Source: Myxococcales bacterium (GTDB lineage Bacteria; Myxococcota_A; Bradymonadia; Bradymonadales; Bradymonadaceae). From it: a stretch of DNA of 34,011 nt. The translations under genes and the position numbers were made by a program. The stretch is from positions 1 to 34,011 of the forward strand of contig SKNI01000405.1 of the NCBI GenBank assembly GCA_007120615.1, given 5' to 3'. Numbering within the stretch: the stretch's first letter is position 1; every line of letters starts with the position of its first letter. Positions 23,492 to 29,278 of this stretch are shown one piece after another. The notes beneath the pieces are model-generated. The model ran no database searches, was not told the origin of the DNA, and saw nothing but the letters and a program-made list of their open reading frames with translations.

Positions 23492-24358
23492 ATGGTAGGC
23501 AACGTATCGAATGATGTGGTTATGCGTCAGTTGGAGTCCGGTCGTCATGTCTTCGCAATGGAGGAGGGGAAGAAGCGAGTCAGCGACGTCGGCAAGCTCA
23601 CTGACGAGGAGAAGGCGGCATTGAGAGTTCATTTCATCAACGCGATTACAAAGGGGCGTCAGACCCTGAAGACGGAGCATTCCTATGCTCAGACCCGTGA
23701 TGATAACAGCCAGGCTCGGGGCAATACGGTGGCCATGGACAACGAACTCGACACGGTGATCACCGACCTGCGCGACTTCGTGCTGATTCGCAGCCGCCAC
23801 CGTAATGAGGAGGTGTCCGAGGCGGCCAAACAGATTCTAAAGGTCAACTTTCCTCGCGGGGCCAGGGCGATCACCCAGTTGAGCTTCGAGCAGCAATTGG
23901 CAGTGATGCAGACCATGATCAAAGAGTTTCGAAGCACCTTGAGCGACGCCGTCGACAAAATCGGGATGGGCAGCGACGTGGAGCATTTCGAAACCCTGGT
24001 CTCCGCCTTTCGAGATGAGATGGCCATCGTACATGGCCCGGTCACTACCTGGGACGAGGTCGTGGCGATGCGTCATCTGCTCCACGAAGCGACGTCGATG
24101 GCAAAGATTCAGGTCCTGGCGGCCTTCTCAGATCTGGACGATAAGGAGGCTATCGCCGAGCGGGAGTGGATTCTCGAGCCCCTCCGCGACCAGGAAGCTC
24201 GAGTGCTGGAGCGGCAGCGACGCCGGCGCCGGCCCGCTAATGTCAATCCCGAGACCGGCGAAGAACTCGACGGCGAGTTGCCCGTTGACCTCGATTTCGA
24301 CGGACCTCAGGATGAGGCTTCGGACGACGAAGGCGATTTTGACTCCGATATCATCTAA
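23492..24358 (+). CDS. hypothetical helical protein with Arg-rich patch and strongly acidic C-terminal tail (orphan)
   Basis: GAGGG lies 6-7 nt upstream of ATG 23492 (MVGNVSNDVV...); the ORF track starts at 23426. A perfect TATAAT sits at 23470-23475. The protein is predicted helical throughout, with RQRRRRRP followed by EELDGELPVDLDFDGPQDEASDDEGDFDSDII. No family recognised. A strong terminator follows. Confidence 0.7.
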   Translation: MVGNVSNDVVMRQLESGRHVFAMEEGKKRVSDVGKLTDEEKAALRVHFINAITKGRQTLKTEHSYAQTRDDNSQARGNTVAMDNELDTVITDLRDFVLIRSRHRNEEVSEAAKQILKVNFPRGARAITQLSFEQQLAVMQTMIKEFRSTLSDAVDKIGMGSDVEHFETLVSAFRDEMAIVHGPVTTWDEVVAMRHLLHEATSMAKIQVLAAFSDLDDKEAIAEREWILEPLRDQEARVLERQRRRRRPANVNPETGEELDGELPVDLDFDGPQDEASDDEGDFDSDII

Positions 24359-24379
24359 GTCCTGCTGAGTTCGATTTAG

Positions 24380-24416
24380 AAAGCCCTCCTCAACCTATGG
24401 GGAGGGCTTTTTTGTT
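24380..24416 (+). terminator. rho-independent terminator
   Basis: AAAGCCCTCC (24380-24389), a 10-11-nt loop, GGAGGGCTTT (24401-24410), then TTTTGTT. Confidence 0.8.
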
Positions 24417-24499
24417 CTATTCGCGCGGCTTTTGCGTCACGCGATAGGGGGCCGGACATAGCTCGGCGCCACCCCGGAGATACCGGCTTCAAAAAAAAA

Positions 24500-24760
24500 C
24501 AGCACTATAAGCGAAATCGAAGGAGGGGGGACCCCTGGAAAAGCAGCTGTCTGAGCCAAATTGAGGCAGTGTATACACCCGAAGAAACAGCGCTCCGAAC
24601 CAAATCGAGGGAGGGGGGTCCCCAAAGAATGTCGCTATGGGAGCGAAATCGAGGGGGGTATGCGGACAGAAATGTCGCTATGAGAGCGGAATCGAGGCAG
24701 GGGGGTCCCCTGAAGAGGTCGCTATGAGTGCGGAATCGGGGGAGGGGGGGCCCAAAAAAT
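24500..24760. repeat. six tandem 43-44-bp degenerate repeats, each with an AATCGAGG core and an internal palindrome
   Basis: AATCGA/AATTGA/AATCGG anchors lie at 24515, 24559, 24603, 24647, 24690 and 24734, with spacings of 44, 44, 44, 43 and 44. Units 4-6 begin GTCGCTATG(G/A)G(A/T)GCG(A/G)AATCG. Palindromes: GGGGACCCC (24527-24535), GTGTATACAC (24569-24578), GGGGTCCCC (24615-24623 and 24702-24710), and GGGCCC in unit 6. Confidence 0.9.
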
Positions 24761-24908
24761 ATAGTGAGGTTAGTCGCGAAAAACGTAGTAGGGATGGATT
24801 CAATGCCCAACTTCTCAAGACGGCCCTCGGCCAATTTTTCCACCGGTAGACGCCGCTCCACCGTATAAACCTAATATAGTAATAATCGGCAACCGAGATT
24901 GCAGAAAC

Positions 24909-25790
24909 TCACGGAAACGAAAAACTCCGGCAGGCCGACCCCTCCTGGCATACCTGGTCATTGGAACAGGCGCAGAGGCCGTCGATGCAGGCGTCGACGC
25001 TGAACTCCGGGTCGCATTCATCGTCGGACTGGCAACCGCAGAGGCCATCAGGGCGGCAGGAGTCTCCGAAGCCGCTCTGGCAGTCGTCGTCGGATTGGCA
25101 GGGGAACCAGCAATAGCCATCTTCGTGGCAGGAGCCGTCTTGACGCTCGCATATCGTGGCCGTGCCCGTTCCATCGAAGAGAGCTCGGTCGACGGCGCTC
25201 ATGTTCAAGGCGTCGCAGTCGATGAAGTCACCTTCAGCGAAGGCGCAGCGGCCCTGGCCGTCGAAGTCGATGCACTCCTGGTTGTCGTCGCAGTCGTCGG
25301 AGTTGGCACAGGACTCGGTCCAGCCGCTGAAGAGGGGGATGCAGTCGTCGTCGGTGGTGCAGTTATTGGTACTCGGGGAGTCGGGTTCGGGGTTCCAGTG
25401 GCACGTTTGGTCGACGCAGTCCCACTCCTCCTGTTCGCCGCAGTCGCTGGGAACGTCGCAAAGGATCAAACAGAGCTGGCGCTCCAACGTGTCGTCACCG
25501 TTAGTGCTGGCGTCATCACTTGCGTCACCGTTACCGGCTTCTCCGACGTCGCGGTCGTCCGTGCCGTTGGCGTCTTCATCATCCCCGGTGTCGATGCCCG
25601 CATCGCCATTCTCATTACCATGCGCGTCGAGCTCGCCATCGTCAGTTGACGCGTCGAGTTCGCCATCGCCAATTGCATCGACACCGGCGTCGAACTCCTG
25701 TGTCGTCGGGTCTGTGTCTGGCTCCATGCCGCAACCGAGAGTGGCGGTGGTCACAAAGAGCGCAGCGATGATGATGCCTGGAAATCTCAT
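24909..25790 (-). CDS. Cys-rich secreted lipoprotein with long acidic Asp/Gly/Asn linker
   Basis: GAAGGA RBS and lipobox MRFPGIIIAALFVTTATLGC. An acidic linker of about 90 aa (DAGVDAIGDGELDASTDDGELDAHGNENGDAGIDTGDDEDANGTDD...) is followed by about 24 Cys in recurring (S/T)DDDC / SDDEC contexts. Confidence 0.8.
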   Translation of the reverse strand: MRFPGIIIAALFVTTATLGCGMEPDTDPTTQEFDAGVDAIGDGELDASTDDGELDAHGNENGDAGIDTGDDEDANGTDDRDVGEAGNGDASDDASTNGDDTLERQLCLILCDVPSDCGEQEEWDCVDQTCHWNPEPDSPSTNNCTTDDDCIPLFSGWTESCANSDDCDDNQECIDFDGQGRCAFAEGDFIDCDALNMSAVDRALFDGTGTATICERQDGSCHEDGYCWFPCQSDDDCQSGFGDSCRPDGLCGCQSDDECDPEFSVDACIDGLCACSNDQVCQEGSACRSFSFP

Positions 25791-25946
25791 GAGTTCCTTC
25801 GGCGTGGTGGCGCTGTCGAGGTCATGATCGACTCGCGCGAGCTCGCCGAGCTCGAGGGGGAAGTGGACCGATTCGAAAGGCGTTTCCTAGATTTCGTTGA
25901 GCGTTACGGGGTAGCAACGCTACACCGCCTTCCATTTCTCGTCGAG

Positions 25947-26004
25947 TGGTGCTGACCAGATACAGACTCGAACCTGTGACCTACGGATTAGGAATCCGTT
26001 GCTC
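25947..26004 (-). pseudogene. tRNA-Arg(CCT)-derived 3' fragment (D-stem 3' strand to CCA), not a functional tRNA; possible att-site scar
   Basis: Minus strand reads GAGC-A-ACGGA-TTCCTAA-TCCGT-AGGTC-ACAGG-TTCGAGT-CTGT-ATCTGGTCAGCACCA. The anticodon arm is canonical (5-bp stem; loop U33, CCU, A37). The T-loop TTCGAGT is canonical, but the 3' T-stem has lost one C. Four extra nt precede the ...GCACCA end. No 5' acceptor strand or 5' D-stem strand exists upstream. Confidence 0.55.
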
Positions 26005-26037
26005 GAATTACCTCACACCGACCGGAATCGGAACAAG

Positions 26038-26433
26038 TCACTCCGACAGAAGCCGGACCTTCTGGGCCTGGAATTCATCGTCGGTGAGGGCGCCGGCGAC
26101 GTGGAGGTCTTTGAGCTCTCGGAGCTCTCCGGTAATGCTTCGTCTCGGGGTTCCCTGAGGCAAGCGGTGCTCCTGTCCGAGGTTGATCGTGACGTTCTGG
26201 CCCATCTGGTTGCCCTGGTGAGCCAGAGCGGCACCGTTGTAGCGGCGGTTGAATTCGGATTCGCTCATCAGGAGGTAGACGAAGCACTCGAGCAGGGCGA
26301 TCAATGCGGGGATGAAAGTCCAGCAGAATAAGAAGTAGAGCAGACCTTGTACGGATTGGCCGAGGTAAAATTTGTGGACGCCGAGGCCTCCGACGAGAAG
26401 TGCGAGGAGTGCGGCAGTGCCTTTGGTTTTCAT
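26038..26433 (-). CDS. TM2 domain + SHOCT domain membrane protein
   Basis: LLALLVGGLGVHKFYLGQSVQGLLYFLF...IPALIALLECFVYLL is the TM2 two-helix motif (GGLG.H.FYLG). The C-terminal ELRELKDLHVAGALTDDEFQAQKVRLLSE is SHOCT. AAGGA RBS. It starts 3 nt after the upstream stop. Confidence 0.8.
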   Translation of the reverse strand: MKTKGTAALLALLVGGLGVHKFYLGQSVQGLLYFLFCWTFIPALIALLECFVYLLMSESEFNRRYNGAALAHQGNQMGQNVTINLGQEHRLPQGTPRRSITGELRELKDLHVAGALTDDEFQAQKVRLLSE

Positions 26434-26436
26434 GGG

Positions 26437-27087
26437 TTAGTCCTTGTTTCGATGATGGGAGTGTGATGGGGCGATGGCCTCAAGGCGCTCTCCAAGGGGG
26501 AGTGTCTTAAGATTCTTATGTTCCAGGCCCAATACGACCGGGTCGGAATGGAGTTCGTAGACCCAATGACCGCTCTGGAGGTCGAGGTCTTCGGTGATGC
26601 GCCCTTGGTTGAGGAGGCCCTGAAGTGCTTTGAGTAGGGCCTCTTCGGTCCACTGAAGGTCTCGCTGGAGAGCCTCGATGGTGAGAGGGCGCTTGGCTTT
26701 TTGTAAGTGGGTAAAAATGCGGGTGCGGCGGGTGGTGGCAACCTCCGATAGGTCAACCTCATCGGGGCGGCTGTCAGGGGGGGAACGAAGCGCCATGATG
26801 AAGGCACCGAGGGTCAGAATGAGGAGCCCGGGCAGGGGAATGAAAAAGAGGAAAGCCGATGACCAAAAGGCGACGACGAGAAGCACAACGGTTGCCAGAA
26901 AGCAGGCGGTTGCAACCAGAAGTAGACTCGTCTTGGAGAGCGCTGGTAGGGGCAGACTCTCTTTGGTCTTGCCGACAACCGGTCGCTCCTGTTTCTTGCT
27001 CTGGTGAGTCGAGCCAGCACCAAATTCAATGCCCTGGCCATGGCTCATTTCGAGATCGCCTAATTTCATCTTCATCGCTTCGTTCAC
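26437..27087 (-). CDS. two-TM membrane protein with C-terminal winged-helix-like domain (hypothetical)
   Basis: TM hairpin LLLVATACFLATVVLLVVAFW / FLFFIPLPGLLILTLGAFIMAL, followed by RRTRIFTHLQKAKRPLTIEALQRDLQWTEEALLKALQGLLNQGRITEDLDLQSGHWVYEL (wHTH-like). The start is ambiguous: GTG 27087, ATG 27075 or ATG 27069. Confidence 0.65.
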   Translation of the reverse strand: MNEAMKMKLGDLEMSHGQGIEFGAGSTHQSKKQERPVVGKTKESLPLPALSKTSLLLVATACFLATVVLLVVAFWSSAFLFFIPLPGLLILTLGAFIMALRSPPDSRPDEVDLSEVATTRRTRIFTHLQKAKRPLTIEALQRDLQWTEEALLKALQGLLNQGRITEDLDLQSGHWVYELHSDPVVLGLEHKNLKTLPLGERLEAIAPSHSHHRNKD

Positions 27088-27190
27088 CCTGTTGAGGCTT
27101 CGTTGATGGGCTCAAGAGTAGTTGGGTCTTGTAAGAATTCGCAAACGTACAAATGATCGAAATAGGTTGAAAGTAAATCTTGTGGTGGGG

Positions 27191-27476
27191 TCAGACGGAA
27201 GTAATGAGCAGTCCGCGGTTTGAGTCATTGCTCTGCCGGAGGCTCCCGATGATTCCCCTACGGAGGGAGATAGCGGGGCGGAAGAGGAGGAAGTACCCAC
27301 TGCGCCCGCTGCTTCGGGGTGGCCTCGTTGATGGCGAGGTCCCACCAGCTAATGGTGAGGACCTGCCCCCGGGTCCCTGATGCGAACTCGGCGAGGTCAT
27401 TCGTGCGCCGGGACGTCAGATTTTCATTCTCTGCATCAGAAATCTCCGAGATTTCGACGCGCGCCGACCGGCTCAT
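27191..27476 (-). pseudogene. possible tyrosine-recombinase (integrase) core fragment, frameshifted and lacking both ends
   Basis: ORF 27258..27476 reads ...RRTNDLAEFASGTRGQVLTISWWDLAINEA.... This resembles the integrase segment around catalytic Arg I (h-h-TG-h-R-x-x-E-h-x-x-L-x-W-x-D-h-D). A second frame continues ...GRSGYFLLFRPAISLRRGIIGSLRQ..., reminiscent of K-x-x-K-x-R-x-VPL-x-x-x-h. No Box II (HxLRH...Y) was found. Confidence 0.3.
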
Positions 27477-27587
27477 CGCCTTGATTCCCAGCTTTTACGG
27501 TGGGAACCAATATTGGCGCGAATCTTGTATAGTTTAGGTGGCGAGAGAGAAAGTCCGAAGAATTGACACCGGTGAGAAGGATACGAG

Positions 27588-28550
27588 ATGCGAAAGAATT
27601 GGTTGATGATGATGATTGTCGCGTTATTTGTGGTGGCCTGTGGAGAGGAGGAGAGTGCCGACGATAATCGGTGGGAGTTCTGTCATGCCGAGCCCAGTTG
27701 TCCTGACGGAACGATTGAGCACAGCGATAGTGCCGATTGTCCCGAGGAGGACTGTGAGGAAGTGACCGAGTGCAATACCACCATCTATTGTGAACACCCC
27801 GTAGTCTGTGATGGGATGCCCGTTTGCCCCGCTGGAACGGTGCAGATCAGCGATGAATCGGAGTGTCCCGACGAGGGAGAATGCTTTTCCGAAAGCATGT
27901 GCAATTTCACGATCTGGTGCGCAGAATTGATTTCTTGCGGGGAGCCCTTCCCGGCCTGTCCCCCGGAAGCCAACCAGGTGAACAGCGAGTCGGAGTGTCC
28001 CGCGGACGTCTCCTGCTATGAAGTGGGCGGTGGCTGCGCCGGAAGCACCTGGTGCTGGGAGCCGGAGCAACCGATCTGCGAAGATGATCGGAGCTATTTC
28101 GATCAATGCCCGGTGGATTTCTGTGACGGACCACCGGAGGACTGTGATCCCTGCTTCAACGAAGGCCCCTACTTTGAAGACGACTGCGGTTGCGGGTGCG
28201 AGATCCGAGAGCCTCATTATTGCGCCGTCAGTGATGCCACCGGCGAAGGTTTCTGCGATATGATCGTGGCTACCGTTTTTGACGGCGACACATGCGGGCA
28301 AATCAGCGGGTGCTCATGTGTGGGCGAAGACTGCGACCGGTTCGAATCTCTGGAGCATTGCTACCGAGTCACCAGCGATTGCGATAACCAATGCGGTGAC
28401 CCCGACGAAGATATCTGTGGGAACTATTTGGCGCCGGAGTATCCCGGTGGCCCTGAAGACTGCCCACAGGGTTCGACGTACACCGTCGTGGACTGCGAGC
28501 CTCGGTGTATCGAGCGGGACTCCTGCGAGTTATTTGATGATGCGCCGTGA
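27588..28550 (+). CDS. Cys-rich secreted lipoprotein with three ~40-aa C-x5-CP...ECP...C...C modules
   Basis: GAAGGA RBS and lipobox MRKNWLMMMIVALFVVAC. The three modules are CHAEPSCPDGTIEHSDSADCPEEDCEEVTECNTTIYC, CDGMPVCPAGTVQISDESECPDEGECFSESMCNFTIWC and CGEPFPACPPEANQVNSESECPADVSCYEVGGGCAGSTWC. The C-terminal half is also Cys-rich. Confidence 0.8.
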   Translation: MRKNWLMMMIVALFVVACGEEESADDNRWEFCHAEPSCPDGTIEHSDSADCPEEDCEEVTECNTTIYCEHPVVCDGMPVCPAGTVQISDESECPDEGECFSESMCNFTIWCAELISCGEPFPACPPEANQVNSESECPADVSCYEVGGGCAGSTWCWEPEQPICEDDRSYFDQCPVDFCDGPPEDCDPCFNEGPYFEDDCGCGCEIREPHYCAVSDATGEGFCDMIVATVFDGDTCGQISGCSCVGEDCDRFESLEHCYRVTSDCDNQCGDPDEDICGNYLAPEYPGGPEDCPQGSTYTVVDCEPRCIERDSCELFDDAP

Positions 28551-28763
28551 GGGGGCGGCGGATGGGCGGGCTATCTCAAGCTCGGACCGGCCAATAAGAT
28601 GTCCCGCGCCGATCTGGCGGCCTTTATGCCCGAGCAGATTGAGAGCGAGGAGTTCGTCGAAGAGGCGCCGATGGTATCCAACCCCTATCGTCAAGGAATG
28701 AGAAATTTCAATGATACCGACTGGACTGGCTGGATCCGATCACACTCGTTTAACAGGGTGTGA
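28551..28763 (+). pseudogene. C-terminal remnant of an NAD(P)H-binding (NmrA/BVR-B/YwnB-like) oxidoreductase gene
   Basis: Directly after the TGA at 28548-28550, and in the same frame, I read GGGGWAGYLKLGPANKMSRADLAAFMPEQIESEEFVEEAPMVSNPYRQG...*, with a stop at 28761-28763. The x-ISRADLAxFM-x-E-x-h-x-x-x-x-F segment is the typical C-terminal end of the NAD(P)H-binding family as I recall it. Confidence 0.35.
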
Positions 28764-28860
28764 TATTGTAGTGCAGTTGCTGGATCTGTATCATCGGCAA
28801 TGATATCCCGTTACACGATGTAAATTAGGTTCATTCCCGATAACACTGGGAGATATGTGA

Positions 28861-29220
28861 ATGCGTAGGTTTTGTTTGGTTTTTGCGACCTGTCTGGTCA
28901 TCGCGCTCGTCGGCTGTGGCACCGACGATGTGCTCCTCAATCAGGGTGATAGCGAGAATGCGTCGCAGGCTGATACGGGGACAGAAGATCCCGATGCTCA
29001 GGGCGACGGGGACTCCGATGGTGATCCAGACGCCGACGAGGCAGATACCGGCGACGGCGACGACAAATATGCTTCTCCAAACCTATATCAGTCGACCTCC
29101 GCAGGCGGATCGGTCGAGGGTGGTGGATATCGAATGGTCATCGGCGTGGGAGCTCCTATTCCCAAAGGTCAGGCGGAGGGCGGGGGATACCGCATCCAGG
29201 TCGGCCCGGTGAGTCCGTAA
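28861..29220 (+). CDS. small lipoprotein with acidic Asp/Gly linker and two GGGYR motifs (hypothetical)
   Basis: GGGAGA RBS and lipobox MRRFCLVFATCLVIALVGC. Linker DTGTEDPDAQGDGDSDGDPDADEADTGDGDD, then EGGGYRMVIGVGAPIP...EGGGYRIQVGPVSP. Confidence 0.7.
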   Translation: MRRFCLVFATCLVIALVGCGTDDVLLNQGDSENASQADTGTEDPDAQGDGDSDGDPDADEADTGDGDDKYASPNLYQSTSAGGSVEGGGYRMVIGVGAPIPKGQAEGGGYRIQVGPVSP

Positions 29221-29278
29221 CTGAGCTGTTACTCCACAGATAATGAATGCCTACGATAGACATCGATGAGGTCTTGCG

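Noticed and set aside
24500-24760. Possible CRISPR array
   Set aside because: The whole 43-44-bp unit is semi-conserved. There is no alternation of an invariant repeat with unrelated spacers. The array has only six degenerate units, and no cas genes are in the window.
24505-24861. 118-aa minus-strand ORF with internally repeated peptide (GPPLPRFRTHSDLF...)
   Set aside because: The peptide periodicity simply mirrors the DNA tandem repeat. There is no RBS. The composition is odd, and the ORF lies between a terminator and a convergent gene end.
27100-27587. Several 60-77-aa ORFs on both strands in the 500-bp gap
   Set aside because: They mutually overlap, lack RBS and have Arg/Pro/Ser-rich translations. 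The only coherent signal is the integrase-like fragment reported as a pseudogene.
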